From positions 8,836,451-8,900,450 of the forward strand of contig NC_134035.1 of assembly GCF_964204645.1 (NCBI RefSeq): 64,000 nt of DNA, in the 5' to 3' direction. The DNA comes from Tubulanus polymorphus (lineage: Eukaryota > Animalia > Nemertea). The translations under genes and the position numbers were made by a program. This document shows, in pieces, positions 49,652-60,974 of the stretch. Position 1 is the stretch's first letter. The number at the start of each line of letters is the position of its first letter. The notes beneath the pieces were generated by a model. That model did not search any database, was not told the origin of the DNA, and saw only the letters and a program-made list of their open reading frames with translations.

Positions 49652-52165
49652 ATGAACGAAGCCAACGAAAATCAACAACATGAATCGTTGACCGATGAGG
49701 TAAATACTAACCCCGCCCCGAGCAAGTCTCGATCACCAAATGATATTGATGATTTATTTTATAAAGAATTGTCAAAAATGTCAACAACAATCATACCGTG
49801 CGGCGTGTTTTCACCCCTGCACTAGCCCAATCTGAGATAATCCATAACTATCATCACCCGAAACACAGAAAATGCTTATAATGGGAACAGTGATTGTTTG
49901 GGCTTTCAGTTACATGTTATGTGCTGCTGAAGAAAGGCCTTTCTTGGCACCAAAACTTCTAAAAGTGAATATCACCATGGTAACAGCATCATAAACAACA
50001 ATCTCTTATCATTGCTGATATACCTTCAGCATAAGTGTATTAATGATGATAATGATAATTGTCATTTATATAGTGCAGGTATCCCAAAGGTCAACTGCGC
50101 TCCAAATTTGGTATTATTATCCCCCTCCTCCCAGCACGTAACTCTATTCCACGTATCAGTCAACTCTCCCTGCCCGGGGAGAGGTAACATCCGGGCAGCT
50201 GCTAGGTGCTCAGGAGTCATCTATCAGGCCAGGTACCCATTTACTCCTTGGGTGGAGAGAGGCAATGAGGATAAGTGTCTTGCCCGAGGACACAACGGTA
50301 CAGTGTTCGAACCCACGACCTGGCTTGCCAGAGTCGAACGCTCTAACCACTCGCAACCACAACCACTTGCTTAGCACGTTTATGAAGTTATCAAATAGAG
50401 GAAGACCGCGGCAGTGGTGACTGTGGACTTCAGGGATGTTTAATTCTCACTCTCTTCTGCTCCTCATTGTTGCAGCAATTGTTTGAGATGCTTGAAAATG
50501 AAGCAATGCCGGCGCATATAGAACACGCCAGACTGGAATCATTGAAACAAGAAATCAGACACGCTCATCTTTCTAAAGAAGGGCACGGAAAATATCGGTA
50601 TGTATAACCATTGATGAAACGCTATATACGTGTTGTAATGATAATATATAGAGAAATCCCACAATAATAGTGAAAAAATAATTGAAAGTCTGAAAATCTT
50701 GAACTAGTAATTTTTATATTACCCCCAGTTTGCTCCTCTAATCTGTTTAACTTGTTACCTGTTTGTATGTTAATTTTCCTTTAGTTCATATCACTTCTGA
50801 TTACTGGAATTAGTCTCTGGATTCTATATCGATTTCATAACTTATGTTAGAACTCAGTATTCTTGAAGAGGACTATCAGAAGATGACTATTAGTATACAG
50901 TTGAAATGTTGAATAAACTAGTACCTCGAGGAATCATTCTAAGACTTTGAATATTTTTTCGCCGTTATCGTGGGATTCTCTATAGGTAGTCAGTAACCTG
51001 ACTGTGGTTTAGTTTTGCGATCGGATATTTTCACAAACCACATATATAATCCGATTATAAAAAGCTTACCACCAATGATTTATAGGTAACTAACTACTCT
51101 ATAGGTTACATGTATATGTCTTATAGATATGAGAGCAGCGACTGCTTCGTCCATAATCCGAGTAATGAAGCGTCAATATTTATATTTCAGTGATCTCAGC
51201 ACGGAACAAGATTTCTTCGATTTATCGCGGTCTGAAGACAGCTGCGTAGTGCATTTTTATCACTCCGACTTCCGTAGATGCGCGATTATGGATAAACATT
51301 TGAGCGTGAGTATCCACGATTCTGTCGCTAATTCTGATGCCGCTTCATCCATTCTTCAGTTAGATATAATCGAGGTTTTGTGTTTTTATCTTAAGACGTT
51401 AGCGGAAAAATATTTCGAGGTGAAATTCGCGAAAATCAACGCGGAAAAAGCTGATTTTTTCAGGAAGAAATTGAGTATCCAAGTGCTGCCTACGGTTATC
51501 TGCTTTAAAAAAGGCATTGTCGTAAAAAGGTAATATGTTATAACATATTGCCAGGACCATGACATCCTCCCCCGGCAGGGATTTGAACCTGTGGCTTCGC
51601 TACACTCAGCCACAGCACGAAACCCTCCCACACTAGGCCGGGTGCACAGGTTTGCTGCATGAAAACTTGGCAGTACTGATCAGATTGCTTGTTGTATATT
51701 CGCTGAGATAAATTTCATGGAAGAACTATTCACGGTAAAACCCAGGCTGAAATAAAACGGAATATCTGATTTGCTAATATCAAAGACATCGAAGCTTCGT
51801 GTGCAGTTGCGCACTCGGGCTAGTCAGGCAGGGTTTTGAATTCTAATGAAAACGTGAAAGCCTAAAAACTAAAAATCTTTTTTCTAAATTTGATAATTTT
51901 TGCAGAATTCTGGGAGAGGGCAGAATGCGTGCTCCGAGTAATTTTAGAAAAATGAAATGCCTAAATACAGGTATTTATCGTTTCTTTCAGACTCACTGGA
52001 TTTCAAGATCTCGGAAGCACGGATGATTTCCAAACGTCTGAATTAGAAAAAAAGCTCGCTGAATGCGGTGTGATCAGTTTTGAAGATGAAGATGTTCATA
52101 AAAAGACTATATTCGGTCGACAATCCGTGAATAAACACGAAGATTCGGATAGTGATTCCGACTGA
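49652..52165 (+). CDS. Phosducin-like protein 3 / TXNDC9-like thioredoxin-fold protein, 197 aa
   Basis: Exons 49652-49699, 50476-50597, 51191-51305, 51396-51529, 51991-52165; motifs GHGKYRDL..EQDFF, VVHFYHSDFRRCAIMDKHL, KFAKINAEKA, IQVLPT, GFQDLGSTDDF; acidic tail. Confidence 0.88.
50041..50372 (-). mobile_element. tRNA-derived SINE (CORE/Meta-like central domain, L2-like tail)
   Basis: On the minus strand: A-box-like AGTGGTTAGAGC, B-box GGTTCGAAC, then TTGTGTCCTCGGGCAAGACACTT...CTCTCTCCACCCA...AAATGGGTACC; 3' end GCACTATATAAATG with (ATC/ATT)n repeats. Confidence 0.8.
50988..51096. mobile_element. Short dispersed repeat with AGTCAGTAACCT...AGGTAACTAACT ends; relatives at about 55883-56122 and 48630-48735
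   Basis: Shared CTGTGGTTTAGTTT..CGATCGGATATTTTCACAAACCAC and AAGCTTACCACCAATGAT blocks. Confidence 0.6.
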
Positions 52166-52578
52166 TTCTCACGCCGATTCCGACACTCGATTCCGTTTTG
52201 TTCACAATTACCGGATGGTACTAAACTACATACATTTCTTCATATTTCGTTCAAAACTTTTTTATACTGAATTTTTTAATGAATAAAATCTTTATTTATA
52301 TCATTTATTATGTCTGGAAGATACGAATTTAAAATTATCAATCATCGGTTTTTAGTTCCCTCTTCTTCTTTTGCTGTTGACTCGATGCCGACAATTTTTT
52401 CCCGACGATAAAGATTCCTTCTCGGAAACAAAACAAGAAATTTCATTCATACTAAACATATTTCATATATATTTTTCTATGTACAATAACACAAATAGCT
52501 GTATACAATGTATAAATATTCATTCTTTCGGCTAAAAAAGTCTACAAACAAATCTCTTGCGGTAAATATAGAATTGAA

Positions 52579-55500
52579 TCAAGCCGCAGATATCATTACA
52601 TTCTTGTTTTCGGCTCCACTGATAATACTATCGGTAGACTCGAGGTTTTTACGCAATCGATCGTTCACCGGTTGAATAGTGATTATTATCCAACCGAAAA
52701 CAGCTCCCGCAGCTCGTAGCGCGTTCATTATTCTCCACGTATTCAACGTCGCTTCAGATTCCTACAAATATATCGATGAATTTAGTTATGTTTTCATTTT
52801 CACGGGTATGTTGGTTAAAATGCAGGACCAAGATCCACAGTTCTGTGTAAAGATATAACTCCGAGTTAACGCATTGAAAATGAACTAATTTTGAATCGTA
52901 GTTAACTCTAACTCAGAACTGTGGAACTGGAGCCAGGAAACAACTCATCTATCGTAACATAGATCCATTCATGAACTTATTACACATTTATTACATAATG
53001 CTTACAGATCAATCAATCATTCCTGGATATAAAGGAGTTTTAAAGAAGAAAATTCAAAATATTGAGGAAGTGTCCGCATCACTTTCATATACCGAAGACT
53101 CAAACTAAATCAATACCAGCACTGTTTATCTCAGTAAACCATTAATTCCAAGGTTGTGTAAGCAAATTTTTATACTTTATAAATTATATGACTAACCTCG
53201 GTTTCTAATTCGGTAACCGTCTAATTGGGTAAACAAAAATCCTGGTCCAAACTGTACTGATTAAAGCGTAGTTTACCGTACAACTTTAAATATCTCCAAT
53301 TGACTATTTCTCAATCAGGAATTTTGCTCAAAGTGATTTCAAGCACGCTTAAAAGCATTTTTCTGTTTAGTTTTAAGGAATCAAGGAGTCGTAGGGACAA
53401 TAAACGGAAGGCAAGCCGACACTGACCTGTTGCGAACTCCATAAAGTGTTGTTGATATCCTCGAACAAGTTGATTTTATCATCGATCGCCGCGATACTCA
53501 AACTCAACATCATCGTGATGAAATAAACGATGCACGAAATCGCGCCGGATTGTAACGTGATGCAGCGCAAGAAAAACAGTCGCGTCGGTCGGCCGATATC
53601 ATAGCTGAAAAATACATACGATTCCAACAATCAAATATTACGAACAACAGTATACAGGATGGTTACTTGAAATGCACATTGTTTTCCTGGACTTTATCCA
53701 TCTACTAAGAAGCCAATCAATCAACACAGTCAAATACGTAAGACATAGATGGAAACAGTTTGATTGTATGCACAATCTAACAATCTCAATATATTTCCAT
53801 GACTTTTCCCTGATTTTTAGCTTTGTTACAAAATTCCCTATTTCTCACATCAACATGATATTTTAAAGAAAATAAAATTCCCATACATGTTTTAAGAAAA
53901 TAAAATTCCCTGATTTCCAGGCAAGTGGTCACCCTGCAGTATATTGAGGTGGTCGCTGGAATTAAACTTACCGATCGAAGGCGGAAACTGTACAAATGAT
54001 AAACAGTAAGTAGTAGAGAGCTTGCGTAGGTAAAGCGACGCGTTGATAGTGTTTCAAAAAGTCGATGTAATCGAAATTCAAAGCCAACACGAACACCATG
54101 ATGCAATGCCAGAACGCGAAACCGGCCAGCAACCCGTGACAGAATAGAGAAAACGTCTGGATAACCTTGTGCGTAGTCAGCGCCAGTGCCAGCGTCGTCC
54201 GGTCCGGTTGATCTAGGTATTCGTCGTCTAGTTGAGACTGTAATTCCTCCCACTTTCGAGCCAGTTTATCTTTGTTCTCGCTGCGAAATCCACCTTTTAA
54301 GTCCATAGTAAAGAAAATAGATTTTATAGACGCGATTCTAGTGAGAGTTTATTCTTTTAGCGAGAGTATTTGACTTCAAGAGTTGATCCTACGGTAAGTA
54401 CAGTCAACCGCCGATATACTGCCATCATCGGTGCGCAACAATTTGGGCGGTATATCGGGGATGTTTTACTATGTATTTGTAGAGAGATGTATATTGAGAA
54501 AACCTGACGGTATGCGGTGGTGACGGTACATGGGAGGACAGTACATCGGGGGTGTTTTACTACTATGTATTTGTATTGAGATGTACAATGAGAAAACCGG
54601 GCGGTAGCCAGGTGTGAGGGTGATATATCGGGGGGTTGACTGTATTTATGATAAGATAGGCAATAGCAGTTGGTTGACTTTTAAACCGACCTCTTTCCTC
54701 GATGAATAAACGCCCGACCGGTTGACTCTTCAGAGCAGCAGCCGTCGTTTGAGGCTTCGACGATTCATCCTCATCCTCCTCTTCATCTTCATCCTCGGTT
54801 TCTTTCGGTTTGTCGACGATGATGTCGTCTTTCAGATCGGCTAATTCCGCCGCTAATCCCTGATTTTCATGCGACTCTTCATCTCTATAAATTAGAGAGA
54901 ACGGATACGAGTTTTAACAATGAATGCAAGTATTTCACTCCACACACATTCTGGATCCAGTTTCAAAGTTAGGGGTAAGAATTTGAGAACAAATTGACTG
55001 TTCAGTTCATCCTTGTCATAGCTTTTACATGTTTGCCACACTGTAGTCAGTAACCTATCTTAATTCGGATGACTAGAGACTGCGCCCAGATTTCTCCGAA
55101 TTATGAATTATAGTTTATACAAGGTTCCAGGTTAAATGGACCGAATATTTCATCCGAATTAAATGGAAATCCAGATTGAAAAATGCAAATTAAGTAAGTT
55201 CCACTGTATAAGCCCATTTAATTGTAAAGACTTACCGACAAAGATTAAAGGTCACTAATAGCGACATCGATACCTGACCAGTTATCCTTAGAGATAACTC
55301 TTATACCGTATTTTTTGTTCCTCCAGGACCCAGTTCCACAGTTCTGAGTTAGAGTTAACTCTGAGTTAAAATTAGTTCATTTTCAATGTTTTAACTCCGG
55401 GTCAAATCTTAACTCACGACTGTGGAACTGGGTCCTGATGATGAGGTTTATAGTTTGAACCTCAAAACTGTAAGGTAATAAACTGTTTTTACAGAAGTAA

Positions 55501-56648
55501 TTGTGGGTTTTATTCGTTAACTTTATTTACACTGAGATTTACATCAGTTCACTGCAGTCATAACTCTTACACCATTACATACTTGAGTAGCTCAAGAACA
55601 ACACCCAAGGGGCCACAAGCGGTATAGACTTCAAAATTGTACGCTAAAAACAACAAAAATATTGGTGCATTCAATTTACCGGTAGACCTACCCGGAAGCT
55701 TCTACTGGTTTCTTCTTTTTGACTCTCTTCTTTTTCGGTTTCTCTCCGGCTGTTTCGCCGGTTTGATCAGCACCACTCAATAAACTATTCTGACTCCCGT
55801 GTGGTTCCTGTTGTAACAAATAAAAAACAGATCATCATCATTAAACAAACAAAAAAGAGAAAAAGTATGTTTCAGTGCAAGTTAGTCGGTAACCTGTCTG
55901 TGGTTTAGTTTCACGATCGGATATTTTCACAAACCACAAAAGGTTCGGCGTATTTCAAAAGGTACCAGTGCTAGTTTGTGAAGTAACCCATTAATTGTGG
56001 ACTGATGTCAATAGATAATACACTTTTGAAGCTTTACTTTTTCCAACAGTGTTTTGGCCCTTATTATCATTTATATAAGCTCATTCGATTATTAAAGCTT
56101 ACCACCAATGATTAGGTAACTAAAATGCAAGGGAGAAGGTTACAGCACCTCCTCAGTGTTGTTAGTCGTAATAAGGATTTCAGGTGAAGTCATTATGAAT
56201 GACGTACTTTAGTTTTTCTGCGTGGAGATCGTTTCCGTCGTCGCGGCGTCTCATCTAACTCATCGTCGGGTGTCGTTGCTCCATCCCTATCTTCGTCTCT
56301 CATTTTACTTCTTGGTCTCGTTCGTTTTTTCTTTATCGGTTCTTCGCCGTCGGTTGCCGTCATTGATTTGTCTTCGCCGTCTGGCGGTTGTTTCTTTGCA
56401 CCTTTCTTGCCACCAACAGCGGGTTTCTTTTTACGAGGAGTTGGCACTTTTTCGCTGGCATCTTTAGTTTCATCCAGGTTAGCCGAATTCTCGTCCGGTT
56501 TACTGGCTGAAGTTGGACGTTTTTTCTTTCTCTTTGTTTTCGGTTTATTTTCTGTCGGTTCTGCGGGTCCTGCGCCCTCGCCTGTACCCGCTAAAGGGGG
56601 CAATTTTCGACGAATTCCGTCCAGTTTGTTGCTATCATCGTCCGCCAT
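52579..56648 (-). CDS. TMEM237: Transmembrane protein 237 (ciliary transition zone), 477 aa
   Basis: Exons 56648-56208, 55807-55692, 54884-54691, 54293-53972, 53604-53427, 52761-52579. Lys-rich N-terminus; motifs SQPVGRLFIE, ALTTHK..FCHGLLAG.A.W, TVSAFDRYD, W...N.LR...A.FGW. Confidence 0.9.
53655..53936. mobile_element. Non-autonomous TIR element with 7-bp TSD CAGTATA
   Basis: CAGGATGGTTACTTG...CAAGTGGTCACCCTG flanked by CAGTATA on both sides. Confidence 0.7.
54401..54642. mobile_element. Tc1/mariner-type MITE, TA TSD
   Basis: TA-CAGTCAACCGCCGATATA...TATATCGGGGGGTTGACTG-TA. Confidence 0.8.
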
Positions 56649-57602
56649 TTTTAAACAAAAATATTGTAGCGCAGTAGCTGTAACGAATCGTAATGATAAG
56701 ATTGTTGCGCGGAGATTATTTATCGACACGAACAGACCTACTGCGGAAATAACCCCAATTAAACAAAAGAATGTTAAAAAGTCCTCGCCAAGAAACAAGA
56801 AATCAAACACATAAAATTCAATTATAAATATAATGTATTTGAATATTTATCATAATTCTAGCGTTCATACTCAACCCATTCAGCTTACAATATTTCGTAA
56901 TTTCGTAAAATACATTTCAACCATTCGTTAAACACATGTATAACAACTATATCATTCACAAAAAGTGCAAGAATTTACAAAAAGATTTAATTAAATAACA
57001 AAAATCACGGTTTGAACGTTCTTCATTCGATGTTTAATCGTTTCAATCAGTTTTGTTCAGATATGTGTAGATAATCAGATGTATTCTACATTTCATCGAG
57101 ATCTAAAAATGCTAAAACAATGAGGTGCGTGCAAGGAATCTTCAGGGATCCACCAAGTATTTCTCTAGTATTTCGTAACGTCACAGGTACTTGAATGACG
57201 TGGTTGGTGTATGAAAATGATGAAAATTTACCATAATCTTCATTTATAAATAGAAAATTCACCAGATTCGCCATCTTAATTGACCATGATGACAATTGTT
57301 TTGCCCATGATCCAATACACACTAATCGTCTATCTGTACTAAACCGATATAGTATAGAAAGGACATGTTGCGCATGTTGGGTAAATTCCTAACAAAGCAT
57401 AGCAGATGATCGAAGCAGAAATAACAAATCTCTGCAAGTCATCAAATCCCATATTCAAGTGCCTGTGACCAAGTATACCTTACAATTGAGTGGAAAAGTC
57501 AATTTTACAATCCTTTTTTTGATATTTGGATTTGATCGAACCTAAAAATCCAGTCCATCGAAAATGAACACATTTTGGCCTCATTGTTACAATTGCATGA
57601 AG

Positions 57603-60296
57603 TTATTCTTTTTTCTGTTGGGCTTTGATTTTCTTCAAGGCCTTTGCCCTCGGTCCGCTAAGAATCATTTTCGACAGCGTCATGTGCAGATCTTCTGGCA
57701 CTTGCAACGTGACCATGCTCTGAAAAATATGACATTGAAATACATACCGAGTACCTTTACAGGGTCCCTACAGATCACTCATTCCTGGATATGAGTTTTA
57801 AAGGAAAATTTCATATTTCGAGGAAGTTTCTGCATCACTTTCACATCCAAATTACTGTAGCCTCCTCCTAAATCGGTTCTGAAACCATTGGTTATATTAC
57901 CAAATTTTCATCCTTTACGCTACCAAAACTTGGTTGCTTAATTCAGTAACCGCCAATTAGGGTAAAAAAAGATCCTGTTTCCAACTATACTGATTTAGGT
58001 GTAGTCTACTGTACAACTTCTTAAGTATCTTATAACCTATTTCTCAAAATTGAAGGTGTATCAGGCATTTTGGACAAATAAAGGGAGTTTCAAGCACCTT
58101 CAAAAGCATTTTCTGTTTATAAGGAGTTTCTAAGGAATTAAGAAGTCATAGGGACCCTGTGTAGAGATCCTCTGCATGTTTTCAGTTTCCCACAGGGAGT
58201 GGATAAATGATCGTTTACCTGTAACGCATGTGACAAACAGCCGAATGTTCTTCCTTGTCGTCCAATCGTAGCCATCGTCTGTTCAACAAACGTTTTTGGG
58301 GTCGGAGCCATGAAATTCGAACGACGAATTCCGCTCAATTTCGTCGCGACGAAAAATGGCATCACGCACTGCAGAAAAAGACACAAATTACGCACGAACG
58401 ATTGAGAGAAAATAACGACTTTTCGTCGAAATTGATATCGAGAAACATAATACCTGAATTGTAATTCCTTTAGATTCGTATTCCTTGCGAAGTCCTTGAG
58501 AGAAGAAATCGACATAAACCTAAAATGATGAAAATCATACGTTAAAAGATTTTAAAGTACACTTAGTAACCCTAATACTCCTCACTCAAATACCCAGGCT
58601 TTGTTTGAAGCATCTTTCAAACCTGGCTACCTCCATTTGTAGTAGTTTTCAGCTCAACTCAAGTTATTGTCGAATGAACTAGAAATGATTCTTATTTTGA
58701 GTTATTTCATCATTTTCTGTGTGTGTGTGATTATCTTTTTATATCCTACTTAATTTCTCAATGTTTTATTGTACCTTAATGATTCTTATACTTTTATACT
58801 TTGTAAAATGCTGTGATTTAGGCCTAATTGAATTAGTACTGCGCTATATCAGAAGATAAATTAGCTTTCAAAGTAGTAGTTATTGCTCTCAAATAGTACT
58901 GGTAGCCAGAAGCCATATTCTTGTAAAAAGCGTAGCTCAGTTCCTTAGTTACTTTAACTAACTAAGTTAGTAAGCGTTTATGAATATGGTAGGCAGGTCT
59001 GCTAAATTGTTGAATTACCTTAGTAGCAGAGTACACGCTAAGTAGAGGTGTGGGCATCGCTCCTGATGCGGATGAAACATTTACGATAACTCCTTTTTTC
59101 TTTTCAACCATCCCTGGTAAAACTATACTGGTCATCTGAAAACAATAGAGTAATTTATCAGTAATTTCAAGACGAGCTTTACATGAAATCCCGAAGATCG
59201 ATACAATTCTTTCAGTGCGACTTACCATTGTTACAGAAGTCATGTTGCAGTGAATCATATTCAAGAAAAACTGAAAATGAATTAAGTAAAAAATGTTTTT
59301 TAAAGCGTAACCAAAATAATAAGTTGTCTATACAAATCCTAGCGCTAATCAATTGATTAATCGTTTACCTTTTCGCGGTTGGTTATTTCAGTAAAGTATT
59401 CTGGATATTGATAAGCCATGCCAACATTGTTCACTACAAAATAAACAAATATATAAATTATATTCTCTCATGCATCTGGACTGGGGCAAACATTTCCGCC
59501 GAAAACCGAAAACCTAACCTAGAATTCCGATATCGAGTCCATCTAAACCGGGTCTAATAATTGAATCGTAAATATCTGGTTTCGTGAAGTCAGCCGCGAT
59601 GACTTTTGTTTTCACTTTATGTTTTGCCTCTGAAAGAAATTGAAATACAAACATTGTTAACTTGCAACAAGCGTTTGTCAATTGATTATCAGAAATCAAA
59701 TTATGAAATGCTCACCAATTTCTTGCCCGACATCCAATAGTTTTTCATATGTTCGACTAATAAGAACCACATTCATACCAATCCGCGCTAGCTGGAAAAT
59801 CATATTTAGAAATTGTACATTTTGTTCTTGACATTGAACTTGAAGACAACTTATCTTACTAAAAAAGAAAACATTTTTTTCGAAAGTAATTAGTAATGAG
59901 CCGGGCAAGAAGAAGAGGAAAATACTGTAATCACCTCATGAGCGTAGGCTTTTCCTATTCCATCAGTAGCTCCTGTCACAACTATAGAAAATATAAAACT
60001 TAAAATGTATCCATGTAACCTAGTATAAGTATCCCTGTATAAGAGATGGACATGAAGAAGTGCCTGCGAAAAGAGGGTTAAATCGTTTTTATTTCCGGGT
60101 TCAACTTACCGGCCCATTCTCCACATTTCTTCAAATTTATAGCCGGCCCGAGGATGCCATTAAATAAATACAGCTGGGCAATACGGAATGCTTTCAGTAG
60201 AAGCTTTACGCTGTAATAACCGGACACTGCAGTGCCGATCAGAGTGAAAATCTGACTAAAATTGCCCAAAAAGTTCAAGTCGATGACCGCCCCCAT
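57603..60296 (-). CDS. HSD17B12: Very-long-chain 3-oxoacyl-CoA reductase (SDR), 326 aa
   Basis: Exons 60296-60110, 59981-59935, 59791-59716, 59629-59519, 59433-59369, 59270-59226, 59135-59019, 58519-58454, 58368-58219, 57719-57603; motifs GEWAVVTGATDGIGKAYA, ILVNNVG, NVSS, catalytic YSATK, P.FVATK; Lys-rich C-terminus. Confidence 0.95.
57760..58159. mobile_element. Dispersed TIR repeat of about 400 bp (CAGGGTCCCTA...TAGGGACCCTG); relatives at about 53003-53398 and, inverted, 14740-15014
   Basis: 11-bp inverted ends; GATCA..CATTCCTGGATAT block shared by the three copies. Confidence 0.7.
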
Positions 60297-60974
60297 TTTC
60301 TCAATTGTCGTAAAGAAAGATGGCTTCGCAGGAAACCTATTTATCTCTTAGCAAACCCAACTATACCGATAAAGAATTTCAATTTTCCGGCTCAATAACC
60401 GATTCTATTTATTTATTCATAATTTTTAAAGAACATTTCATATCAAACTTTGATCCTGAACGAATGACAGTTCGACGAGTTTGAAAGGTAGAGAAATCGC
60501 GGTACAGCGGTATCGCCGTAAATAGTGAGGTCCGCCCGTTGAATGTATTATGCGAGGCATAAAATTAATCAGCTCGGTCCTAATAATACATCGACCAGTT
60601 ACCGGTGGAGTATACTCAGTAATTAACAGGTGAGTTTGGGTGTAATTAGTGTGTCTTGTTAGTGTTAGTGTGTGTCGTGCGTGTGTTTGGATGTTATCGG
60701 ATTGTGTTTGAGTAGTGTATGAGTTGAAGAGACCGGGTCCGCTCTGAGCGGGGGCTGCATGCATAATGAGATGATGATTGACTGGCAGCGGCGGCGGTCC
60801 GACACGTGATGCTGACTGGCTGATGCTATGAATAGTCGACGTCATCACCAGGTCAATTACCGGCCAATGCTATGACCCGATTCTCTGAACAAAGATAGAG
60901 TAGACTAGAGCTGGTGCTGGGCATTGATGGTTGTTAGTTGTGCAGCATCTCGAGCCGTTGCAGGGAACGCTACA
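60297..60974. promoter_or_regulatory. Divergent promoter region between HSD17B12 and the DUF3504 gene, with a probable non-coding first exon
   Basis: 678 bp between start codons; donor CAG|GTGAGT at 60629/60630 and acceptor TGTGCAG ending at 60945. Confidence 0.55.

Noticed and set aside
49925-49960. Hammerhead-like CTGAAGA...GGCC...AAAAC
   Set aside because: The GAAA box and stems are too degraded to support a call.
51906-51970. Possible cassette exon in the last TXNDC9-like intron
   Set aside because: The following intron would be only 20 nt.
56649-56810. 54-aa hydrophobic N-terminal extension of TMEM237 in the ORF track
   Set aside because: It starts at a non-ATG codon in what is probably promoter/UTR; AAAATGGCG at 56648 is a good initiation context.
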